A stretch of 64,000 bases of DNA, from assembly GCA_040218735.1 (NCBI GenBank), contig JAVJQW010000067.1, positions 1 to 64,000 of the forward strand. Direction: 5' to 3'. Of this stretch, positions 27,234 to 35,655 are shown in pieces (the stretch's first letter is position 1; each line of letters starts with the position of its first letter). The DNA is from Deltaproteobacteria bacterium. GTDB taxonomy: Bacteria > Myxococcota > Kuafuiibacteriia > Kuafuiibacteriales > Kuafuiibacteriaceae. Both the position numbers and the translations under genes were made by a program. Under the pieces are notes generated by a model, which was given only the letters and a program-made list of their open reading frames with translations, was not told the origin of the DNA and did not search any database.

Positions 27234-29221
27234 TGGAGGTGTCGGCGTACGCCGAGCGCATCCTGTTCGGAGCGACGCTCGCCGACAAACGCGTCACCTT
27301 CGATCGACTGACCGACGACCGCCCCGGCGCCGGGGTTCGGCGGGTTCGTGAGCCGGGTCGACCGAAGGCGCTCGCGTTCGGGCGCGGGCGCTTCGAGTTC
27401 CCGCGGAACCTCGAAGACGACCGCGCGCGTGGGCGCGCGCTGCACTTCTTCTTGAATCACGAGCTGCTGGCTTCGGAGCTGATGGCGTTGGTGCTGCTGC
27501 GCTTCCCCGAGGCGCCGACGAAGTTCCGGATGGGGCTCGCAAAGACGATCGCCGACGAGCAGCGGCACCTCGGCCTGTACCTGGACCGGATGCAGGCGCT
27601 CGGCGTCGAGCTCGGCGAGGTGCCGGTGAACGACTTCTTCTGGCGGACGCTTTCGGACATGGAGGACCCGCTCGACTTCGTCGCGGCGATGAGCCTCGGG
27701 TTCGAACAGGCGAACCTCGACTTTTCGCGGCACTACCAGGCGCGCTTCGAGCAGCTCGGTGACGACGTGACGGCGCGGCTGCTCGTCGAGGTGTACGAGG
27801 ACGAGATCCGCCACGTGCGCCGCGGCGTGCAGTGGTACGCGGAGGCGGCGGGGCCGCTGACGTTCGCCGACCACGCGTCGCGCGTCGCACCGATGTCGAT
27901 GATGCGCGTGAAGGGACCAGTGTTCGACGCCGAGGGACGGCGCCGCGCCGCGCTGCCGGACGCGTACGTGGATGCGGTGCGGACGTTCGCCGGCACGAAG
28001 GGCCGCGCGCCGCGGGCGTTTGTCTTCAACGCGACGGCGGAGGAGGAGGTCCAGCACGGGCGGCGCTACACCGCGCCCGAGGGGGCGCGGACGCTGGAGG
28101 CGGACCTAGGCTGGGTGATGGCGTACCTCGCCTCGCCGACGGACGTGGTGGTCGCGCCGACGCCGACGCGCGCTTTTCTGCGGTCCCTCGTCGCGGCGGG
28201 CTTCGAGGTGCCCGCGGCGGTGGATTCGGTGCCGGAGGATGCCGCCGAGATCGTGCCTTGGGGGTGGTCGCCGCGGTTCGAGGGGGCGAATAGGGGGCGC
28301 ACGGCGACGCGCGTTCCGCGGACCTCGCAGAACGCGGATATGCCGGACTCGCAGAACGCGGTTATGCCGGTCTCGCAGAACGCGGTTATGCCGGCCTCGC
28401 ATAACGCCGTTCTTGCGGTCTCGCAGAACGCGATATGCGATCTCTACGACAAGCGCACGACCGTCCGTGTCGCACACGCCTTCGGAGACGACGCGGCGCG
28501 GGTCGCCACGACGCCGGACGAGGTGCTCGCCGCGATTCACAGCGACACCCTCGTGAAGGCGATCTACGGCGCGAGCGGTCGCAACCGCCGGCGCTTCGAC
28601 GGGGCCATCGACGAGGCCGGCCGAAACTGGCTCGCCCGCGCGCTCCGCGCGGGCGCGGTGATCGTCGAGCCGTGGGCCGAGCGCTGGCGCGACTTCGGGA
28701 TCGTGCTGCACGTCGGGCGCAAGGATCCACTCCTCGACGTGTTCGAGTTGCTCGTCGACCCCCGCGGCGCGTACCGAGGTCACCGGCTCGCGGCGCCGCA
28801 CCACGACTTCCCCCAAACGCTCCGCGCGGACTTCTACGCGCACGTTCGCCGGATCGCCGAGCACGTCGCGGCCGCGCTCGCGGCGCGCGGCTACGAAGGG
28901 CCCGCGGGCGTCGATGCGTTCGTCACCCGCGACGGGCGCTGGCGTTCGATCGTCGACGTCAACGCGCGCCACACGATGGGGCACGTTGCCCGCGCGCTGA
29001 AGGCCCACGTCGCGCCGAAGACCGACGCGGTGTGGTGGCACGTGCCGACCGACGAGCCGACGTCGCTCGCGGCGCGGCTCCGCGAAGCGCATCCCCTGGG
29101 TATGGCGGACGGCAAGATCACGTCCGGCGTGCTGATGACGACCGACCCCGAGCGCGCGCAGCGGACGCTCACGATGCTCGTGGTCGGCGCACCCGCCATC
29201 GAAGACGTCGTCGGACTCTGA
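27233..29221 (+). CDS. DUF455 ferritin-like diiron domain fused to an ATP-grasp-like domain
   Basis: HELLASE, DEQRH, FEQANLD, DEIRH, then LVKAIYGASGR, IVEPW, GPAGVDAF, DVNAR. Confidence 0.75.
   Translation: MEVSAYAERILFGATLADKRVTFDRLTDDRPGAGVRRVREPGRPKALAFGRGRFEFPRNLEDDRARGRALHFFLNHELLASELMALVLLRFPEAPTKFRMGLAKTIADEQRHLGLYLDRMQALGVELGEVPVNDFFWRTLSDMEDPLDFVAAMSLGFEQANLDFSRHYQARFEQLGDDVTARLLVEVYEDEIRHVRRGVQWYAEAAGPLTFADHASRVAPMSMMRVKGPVFDAEGRRRAALPDAYVDAVRTFAGTKGRAPRAFVFNATAEEEVQHGRRYTAPEGARTLEADLGWVMAYLASPTDVVVAPTPTRAFLRSLVAAGFEVPAAVDSVPEDAAEIVPWGWSPRFEGANRGRTATRVPRTSQNADMPDSQNAVMPVSQNAVMPASHNAVLAVSQNAICDLYDKRTTVRVAHAFGDDAARVATTPDEVLAAIHSDTLVKAIYGASGRNRRRFDGAIDEAGRNWLARALRAGAVIVEPWAERWRDFGIVLHVGRKDPLLDVFELLVDPRGAYRGHRLAAPHHDFPQTLRADFYAHVRRIAEHVAAALAARGYEGPAGVDAFVTRDGRWRSIVDVNARHTMGHVARALKAHVAPKTDAVWWHVPTDEPTSLAARLREAHPLGMADGKITSGVLMTTDPERAQRTLTMLVVGAPAIEDVVGL
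28324..28440 (+). repeat. In-frame 24-bp tandem repeat (about 5 copies, SQNAVMPx)
   Basis: CTCGCAGAACGCGGTTATGCCGGx-like units at 28324, 28348, 28372, 28396 and 28420. Confidence 0.85.
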
Positions 29222-29224
29222 GCC

Positions 29225-29974
29225 CTACAGCTCACCCATCGCGCCGCGGAACCTCCGAACGCTCGCCTCGAAGCCGTGCTCGAGCGCGTCCGCGGTGAAC
29301 GCGTGGCCGATCGACATCTCCCGAATGTACGGCGCGCGGGCGATCAGCGCCGGGATGTTCGCGATGGTGAGGTCGTGCCCGGCGTTGACGCCGAGCCCGG
29401 CCGCGCGCGCCGCTTCCGCCGTGGCGACGACGCGGTCGAGCTCCGCGGCGGCGCGGTCGTCGTCGTCGTACGCACCTCCGTAGGGGCCAGTGTAGATCTC
29501 GATGCGGTCGGCGCCGAGGCGAGCGGCGTGCGCCGGCGCGCTCGGGTCGGGATCGCAGAACAGCGAGACCGCGATTTGGAGATCGTGGGCAGCCGCGACG
29601 GCCTCGGCGAGGTGCGCCGTGTCAGCGTCGAAGCGCCAGCCGTGGTCCGACGTCGACTGCGCGGGATCGTCCGGCACGAACAGGACCTGGTCGGGCCGCG
29701 ACCGCACCAGCAGGTCCATGAACTCGGCCGCCGGGTACCCTTCGAGGCAGAGCTCCTTGCCGGGGAACTGGTCGCGGATCAGCGCGGTGAGATCGTCGAC
29801 GTCGCTGCGGCGGATGTGCCGCTCGTCGGGCCGCGGGTGCACCGTGATGCCCTTCGCGCCCGCCGCGAGCGCCCGGCTCGCGAGGTGCGTGACGCTCGGC
29901 CAGGGCAGATCCCGGCGGTTGCGGAGGAACGCGACGGCGTTGACGTTCACCGAGAGGCGCGACGGCGTGCTCAT
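29225..29974 (-). CDS. pdxJ: Pyridoxine 5'-phosphate synthase
   Basis: LSVNVN...LRNRR, GITVHPRPDERHIR, IEIYTG, NAGHDL, SIGHA. Confidence 0.95.
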   Translation of the reverse strand: MSTPSRLSVNVNAVAFLRNRRDLPWPSVTHLASRALAAGAKGITVHPRPDERHIRRSDVDDLTALIRDQFPGKELCLEGYPAAEFMDLLVRSRPDQVLFVPDDPAQSTSDHGWRFDADTAHLAEAVAAAHDLQIAVSLFCDPDPSAPAHAARLGADRIEIYTGPYGGAYDDDDRAAAELDRVVATAEAARAAGLGVNAGHDLTIANIPALIARAPYIREMSIGHAFTADALEHGFEASVRRFRGAMGEL

Positions 29975-30022
29975 GAAGGCATCCGATCAGGTCGAGCGCG
30001 TGAACGCCAGCGATTGTCGGCG

Positions 30023-31102
30023 TCACCCGACCTGCGCGCGCTGCCGGAGCGCGTGGTCCGCGAGGACCCACGCGACCACCGCCTCCGCGATCGGGATGAA
30101 ACGCGGCACGAGGCACGGGTCATGGCGCCCCTTCGTGGTGATGGTCGTGGGCTCGCGCTCGGTCGTCACGGTGTCGAGCGGCTGCGGGATACTGCTCGCG
30201 GGTTTCAGCGCGGCGCGCAGCAGGATCGGCATCCCGGTGGAGATGCCGCCGAGGACGCCGCCGTGGTGGTTGGTCGTGGTGACGACGCGGTCGTCTTCGG
30301 TGGTGAAACGATCGTCGTGTTCGCTCCCGCGCATCGCGGCCGCGGCGAAGCCCGCGCCGAGCTCGACGCCGACGACCGCCGGCACCGAGAACAAGGCCTT
30401 GGCGAGGTCGGCCTCGAGTTTGTCGAAGACCGGCTCGCCCCACCCCGCCGGGACGCCGGTCGCGACGATCTGCGCGACGCCGCCGATCGAGTCGCGATCG
30501 TTTCGCGCCGCTTCGATCGTCTCGATCATCCGGGCGGCGACCGCGGGGTCCGGACAGCGCACCGGCGTGGCTTCGACGTCCGCTTCCACGACCGTCGTCG
30601 GATCGATGGGCGTGACGATCGCCCCGACCTGTCGCGTGTACGCGAGGACACGGACGCCGAAGCCGGCGAGGATCTTCTTCGCGACCACGCCAGCCGCCAC
30701 GCGCATCACCGTCTCGCGTGCGCTCGCGCGGCCGCCGCCGCGGTAATCGCGCACGCCGTACTTGGCGAAGTACGACCAGTCGGCGTGGCCGGGGCGGAAC
30801 TTGTCCGCGATCGCGGTGTAGTCCTTCGAGCGCGCGTCCTCGTTCTTCACGAGGAGCGCGAGCGCGGTGCCCGTCGTGACTCCCTCGAAGACCCCCGAGA
30901 GGATCTCGACCGCGTCCGGCTCCTGGCGTTGGGTGACGAGCTTGCTCTGCCCCGGCCTCCGCCTTCCGAGGTCATGCGCGAAGTCCGCGGGCGTCAGCGG
31001 CAGCCCCGGCGGGACGCCGTCGAGGATGGCGACCTCGGCGGGCCCGTGGCTCTCCCCCGCCGTCGTGAGGACCAGGATTCGGCCCGTGCTGCTCCCCGCC
31101 AT
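30023..31102 (-). CDS. aroC: Chorismate synthase
   Basis: [35 protein letters not shown]. Confidence 0.96.
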   Translation of the reverse strand: MAGSSTGRILVLTTAGESHGPAEVAILDGVPPGLPLTPADFAHDLGRRRPGQSKLVTQRQEPDAVEILSGVFEGVTTGTALALLVKNEDARSKDYTAIADKFRPGHADWSYFAKYGVRDYRGGGRASARETVMRVAAGVVAKKILAGFGVRVLAYTRQVGAIVTPIDPTTVVEADVEATPVRCPDPAVAARMIETIEAARNDRDSIGGVAQIVATGVPAGWGEPVFDKLEADLAKALFSVPAVVGVELGAGFAAAAMRGSEHDDRFTTEDDRVVTTTNHHGGVLGGISTGMPILLRAALKPASSIPQPLDTVTTEREPTTITTKGRHDPCLVPRFIPIAEAVVAWVLADHALRQRAQVG

Positions 31103-31125
31103 CGCCCCGGAGCCTAGCTCGGCGC

Positions 31126-31178
31126 TCATTGACTCGCGAATCAATGATCCCTATCGTCGTCGTTGATTCGAGAATCAA
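31126..31178. promoter_or_regulatory. Two TTGAYTC-N2-GAATCAA palindromes in the aroC / acyl-CoA dehydrogenase divergent promoter
   Basis: TCATTGACTCGCGAATCAATGA (31126-31147) and TTGATTCGAGAATCAA (31163-31178). Confidence 0.65.
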
Positions 31179-31203
31179 TCTCGACGCAAGGAGTCAAAAG
31201 CCA

Positions 31204-32370
31204 ATGACCGAGTCGCATGTGGTGATGCAGGACCACGAGATATTCACGGAGGACCACAAGGCGCTCCGCAAGACCGTCCGCCAGTTCGCGGAGTCCCTGG
31301 CGCCCTTCGCCGAGGAGTGGGACCGCGAGGGCATCTTCCCGCGCGAGGTCTTCAAGCAGGCCGGTGACCTCGGCCTCCTCGGCATCCGCGCGGACCCGGA
31401 GATCGGCGGCATGGGGCTCGACTGGTGGTTCACCACCGTGTGGGCCGAGGAGCTCGTGTACAGCCGCAACGCCGGCGTGAACATGGCGCTCCTCGTCCAG
31501 TCGGACATGGCGACGCCGATCATCGACGAGATCGGTAGCGACGAGGTGAAGAAGGAGTTCCTCGCCCCCGCGATCGCCGGCGACAAGATCGCGGCGCTCG
31601 GGATCAGCGAGCCCGGCGGCGGCTCCGACGTCGCGGCGATCCGCACGACCGCGGTCCGCGACGGCGACGACTACGTCATCAACGGCCAAAAGCTCTGGAT
31701 CACGAACGGCACCCGCGCCGACTTCATCACCCTCGCGGTGCGCACCGGCGACGACGGCTACGGCGGCATCACCCTCCTCGTCTTCCCGACCGACGTGAAG
31801 GGCTTTTCAGTCGGCAAGAGCCTGAAGAAGATCGGCAACAAGTCCTCCGACACCGCGGAGCTGTTCTTCGAGGATTGCCGAGTACCCGTGCGCTACACGC
31901 TCGGCGAAGAGAACATGGGCTTCTATCACATCATGACCAACTTCCAGGGCGAGCGCCTGGTCGCGGCGATCGGCTGTGTGCACGGCATGGAGATGGCGGT
32001 CCGCGAAGCCATCGCCTACGGCAACGAGCGCAAGGCGTTCGGTCGCCCGCTGATGAAGTTCCAGGTGTGGAAGCACAAACTCGTCGAGCACCTCACCGCG
32101 ATCGAAGCGGCGCGGCGGCTGACGTACTTCGCCGTCGACAAGTTCAACAAGGACTCGTCCTCGGCGCAGCGTGAGATCACGATGGCGAAGCTGTTCGCCG
32201 GCGACCTCGCCCAGAAGGTGCTCTACGACTGCATGCAGATGCACGGTGGGTTCGGCTACACGACGGAGTACCCGATCGGCCGCGCGTGGGCCGACGTCCG
32301 CCTGATCACGATCGGCGGCGGCACCTCCGAGATCATGAAAGAGATCCTCACGAAGATGGAGGGGATGTGA
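31204..32370 (+). CDS. Acyl-CoA dehydrogenase
   Basis: [46 protein letters not shown]. Confidence 0.95.
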   Translation: MTESHVVMQDHEIFTEDHKALRKTVRQFAESLAPFAEEWDREGIFPREVFKQAGDLGLLGIRADPEIGGMGLDWWFTTVWAEELVYSRNAGVNMALLVQSDMATPIIDEIGSDEVKKEFLAPAIAGDKIAALGISEPGGGSDVAAIRTTAVRDGDDYVINGQKLWITNGTRADFITLAVRTGDDGYGGITLLVFPTDVKGFSVGKSLKKIGNKSSDTAELFFEDCRVPVRYTLGEENMGFYHIMTNFQGERLVAAIGCVHGMEMAVREAIAYGNERKAFGRPLMKFQVWKHKLVEHLTAIEAARRLTYFAVDKFNKDSSSAQREITMAKLFAGDLAQKVLYDCMQMHGGFGYTTEYPIGRAWADVRLITIGGGTSEIMKEILTKMEGM

Positions 32371-33146
32371 TGGGCACCGACGTTCGCACCGAGCTCGAAG
32401 ACGGCGTCTTCACCGTCACGCTCGACCGCCCGCAGAAGAAGAACGCGCTCACGCTCGCGATGTACGAGGGCCTCGTCGACGCCTACACGAAGGCGTCCGA
32501 GGACCCGGCGGTGCGTGTGGTCCTCCTTCGCGGCGAGGGCGGGACGTTCACGGCGGGCAACGACCTCATGGACTTCATGCAGGACCCGCCGAAGGACGAC
32601 GACTCCCCGGTCGCGCGCTTCTTGAAGGTGCTCGTGTCGTTCGCGAAGCCGGCGGTCGCCGCGGTGGAGGGCCACGCGATCGGGCTCGGCTCGACGCTGC
32701 TGCTCCACACGGACCTCGTCTACGCCGCGGCCGACGCGAAGTTCCGGCTGCCCTTCGTGAACCTCGGCCTCGTGCCGGAGGGCGCGTCGAGTTACCTCCT
32801 CCCCCGCACCGCCGGGTGGCGCCTGACGGCGGAGCTGGTCTACTTCGGCGAGCCCTTCGACGCCGAGACCGCGCAGCGCGCCGGGCTGGTGAACCGGATC
32901 GTCGCGCCGGGTGAGGTGGTCGCGGTCGCGACGGAGCGCGCGCAGGCGCTCGCGAAGAAGCCGATCGGCGCGCTGATGGACGCGAAGCGTTTGCTGCTCG
33001 CCGGCCAGCGCGACGCGACCGAGGGCGCCCTTCGCCGCGAGGGCGAGATCTTCACCTCGCGCCTCACCAGCCCGGAGGCGATGGAGGCGTTCACGGCGTT
33101 CTTCGAGCGCCGTGAACCGGACTTCACGAAGTTCCCAGCCGGCTGA
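32370..33146 (+). CDS. Enoyl-CoA hydratase/isomerase
   Basis: DRPQKKNAL, FTAGNDL, VEGHAIGLG, LGLVPEG. Confidence 0.93.
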   Translation: MGTDVRTELEDGVFTVTLDRPQKKNALTLAMYEGLVDAYTKASEDPAVRVVLLRGEGGTFTAGNDLMDFMQDPPKDDDSPVARFLKVLVSFAKPAVAAVEGHAIGLGSTLLLHTDLVYAAADAKFRLPFVNLGLVPEGASSYLLPRTAGWRLTAELVYFGEPFDAETAQRAGLVNRIVAPGEVVAVATERAQALAKKPIGALMDAKRLLLAGQRDATEGALRREGEIFTSRLTSPEAMEAFTAFFERREPDFTKFPAG

Positions 33147-33277
33147 GGCACCCTCCGCCACCGCCTCTGCCGACCTATCACCCCCGCGCACAAACGACGC
33201 CGCGGCGACGGGCCGGGTTGCGACGGCGATTCGGTCCCGGCGACGGGCCGCGTTTGGGGCTTCCGTCTGTCGTCGCC

Positions 33278-35599
33278 TCAGCGGCGGCGTCGCAACCACA
33301 CCGCCGCGAACACCACCGCGATCCACGCGGGCGCCCGGCCGGGCGCCGTCGTGCACGACGCCGGCTCCGACGCCACGATCGGCGACGACGCCTGCAGCTC
33401 TACCTCCGCGACGCGCCCCGCTTCGTCCTCGGCGCGCACGACCAAGCGGCCCGGCGCGACGGACCACGCCACGAAGCCGTCCGCGTCCGGAACGACCTCG
33501 ACGACGCGCGTTTCATCTTCCACGAACACCCGAACTCGGTCGCGGCTGATGCGGTCCCGCGCGGCGATCGACAGACCGCCGTCCACGATCTCCGCGTTCA
33601 GCACCGGCGGTTCCGAGTCGATGTTCACGTGCAGCTTCACCCCGGAAGGGTCGAGCGTCGCCGACGCCCCCGGCACGCGCGAGCGCACCTCGATCGTGTG
33701 CCTGCCCTGGAGCAGGAACGCGGGCTCCGACACCACGCGCGTGGCGCCGCGTGTGAACGTCGACCACCAACCGCCGTCGACGCGGACCTGGTGCTCGTAC
33801 GCTTCGTCGAGCGCGAGCGTCACGCGCGGGAGCTGCGGGCCCTCCGCGTTCGTCACGGCGAACGCCGCGGTCTCGGGGATCGCGACGTCGACGATCGACG
33901 CCGTCGTGTGCGCCCGCTCCGCGAGGTTGCCCGTCCCCGGGGGCGCCAGCGCCGCGTAGACCATGACGTTCTCGTAGACCCCCGCGGCCTCCTCGGAGCG
34001 AATGCCCAGGATCTCGGTGTCGAGCCCCGGGACGCTCGGGAGGGCGATCGGGTCCTGCGGTCCCAGGATCTCGAATAACCCCAGCTGCACCAGCGTGGGG
34101 ATCGCCGACGCGATCGACGCGGGCGGATCCGTCAGCAGCTCCGAGTTCGTTACGCGCACGTTCGAGATCAGGTCCGCGAAGCCCGACCCGATCACCGGCA
34201 CCAGCTCCTGGTCCGGCGTCACCGTGACGCCGAGACCCAGGCTCACGTCCAACGCGATCGTCGCGACGCGCACGAAGCGCTCCTCGACCAGCACGTTGAG
34301 CTCGATCGTCAGGTCCCGCAGCGTGAGGACCACGAGGTTGTCCTCGGGGAGCATCGGCGCGCCGACGTCCGCGACCTTGCCGCTCCCGAGCGCCACCTCC
34401 GGCTCCGACGCCAGCCAGATCGACAGCCGCGCCGGCTTCTCCGACCACGGGAACAGGTGCCCGCGCGTGAGGAAACGGAGCGACGGGATGATCAGCTCCA
34501 GCGTCCCCGTGTTGAGGTCCGAGATGTCGCGCTCCGTCACCCGACCGCAGATGACGCCGGTCTGGTAGGTGCTCCACACGAGCTGATCGAGGTGCGCGCG
34601 CGACAACCCGAGCGCGATGTCGAACTCCGTCTCGCGGGTGCCGTCGAAGTCGAGGTCCGCGGTGTCTTCGCTCGGCAGCGCCGGCGGCGTCACGAAGGAC
34701 GCGCGCGTCCGCGGGCTCGGGGTCGGCGCCGCACAGCGCGCGTTCGCCGACACGGGACGCGCCGCCGCCTGGACGCCGAGCGTCACGCCGTTGGGATCCG
34801 CGTCGGATGCGCCGCCCACGCCGATCCAGGTGTCGACGTTCGTCGCGGCGCTCGTGCCGTACCCCGCGCTCGCGAACAGGGACGGCAGCTCGATGCGCTG
34901 GTCGAAGGTCAGCGGGTCGAGCAATACACGTTCCCCCGCGACGCAGTAGTGATTGTCGCGGCACGTCGCGCCCGACGCGCAGTCCGCGTCGACGTCACAG
35001 ACCTGCCCGAGGAGCCGCCCCACCGCCGTCCGTCCGAACGCGAGCGCGGGCGCCGCCGCCGCGTCGCCAATCGCCGTCGCGAGCGCCGCCGTCGAAGCGG
35101 AGCACGTGTCCTCCAGCGTCACCGTCGAGGCCGGGACGACCACGGAGGCCGCGACCACGTCCAACGCGAGCTGCGCCTCGGAGGCGGAACGTGGTGCGAG
35201 CTGCGCGTCGAACACCAGCTCCGCGGGCCCCGCCACGGACACGAGGCAGGCCACGTTCGGCGAGACGTCCACCGCGATCGGCGGGGACGTCAGCTGCGTG
35301 CCCATCGTGATGCGCACGCCGTCGGCGGTCGGCGCGAGCGCGAGCGTGTCGAACGCGCCGGCGATCGTGCAGCCGGGGCAGACGTCGACCGAGAAGGTCG
35401 GTGTCTCGCGGCGCACCTCAGCTTCGAGGAGCGCGGCCACTGTCGCGAGGCCGCGGTCGGTCGCGCGGACCTGCGCGGCGCGGTCGATGAGCTCGTTGTC
35501 GGCGAAGCCTCCCGGCACGCCGCCCACGCCCTGCACACACGCGCCGTCACACGCGCTCAGGAACAAACAGCCGACCAGCGCTCGCTTCCACCCCGCCAT
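33278..35599 (-). CDS. Lipoprotein with BPI/LBP-like segments and MYXO-CTERM-like tail
   Basis: Lipobox LSAC; C-terminus SCTTAPGRAPAWIAVVFAAVWLRRRR. Confidence 0.75.
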   Translation of the reverse strand: MAGWKRALVGCLFLSACDGACVQGVGGVPGGFADNELIDRAAQVRATDRGLATVAALLEAEVRRETPTFSVDVCPGCTIAGAFDTLALAPTADGVRITMGTQLTSPPIAVDVSPNVACLVSVAGPAELVFDAQLAPRSASEAQLALDVVAASVVVPASTVTLEDTCSASTAALATAIGDAAAAPALAFGRTAVGRLLGQVCDVDADCASGATCRDNHYCVAGERVLLDPLTFDQRIELPSLFASAGYGTSAATNVDTWIGVGGASDADPNGVTLGVQAAARPVSANARCAAPTPSPRTRASFVTPPALPSEDTADLDFDGTRETEFDIALGLSRAHLDQLVWSTYQTGVICGRVTERDISDLNTGTLELIIPSLRFLTRGHLFPWSEKPARLSIWLASEPEVALGSGKVADVGAPMLPEDNLVVLTLRDLTIELNVLVEERFVRVATIALDVSLGLGVTVTPDQELVPVIGSGFADLISNVRVTNSELLTDPPASIASAIPTLVQLGLFEILGPQDPIALPSVPGLDTEILGIRSEEAAGVYENVMVYAALAPPGTGNLAERAHTTASIVDVAIPETAAFAVTNAEGPQLPRVTLALDEAYEHQVRVDGGWWSTFTRGATRVVSEPAFLLQGRHTIEVRSRVPGASATLDPSGVKLHVNIDSEPPVLNAEIVDGGLSIAARDRISRDRVRVFVEDETRVVEVVPDADGFVAWSVAPGRLVVRAEDEAGRVAEVELQASSPIVASEPASCTTAPGRAPAWIAVVFAAVWLRRRR

Positions 35600-35655
35600 G
35601 CGCCACCAGTCTCGGCAGCGGCGAAAGGACCGTCAACCGGACCGATGTCGGCGGG

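Noticed and set aside
28324-28440. dif-like sites within the 24-bp repeat (GCAKAA-N5-TTATG)
   Set aside because: The spacer is 5 rather than 6 bp and there is no XerD arm (TTATGTyAAAT).
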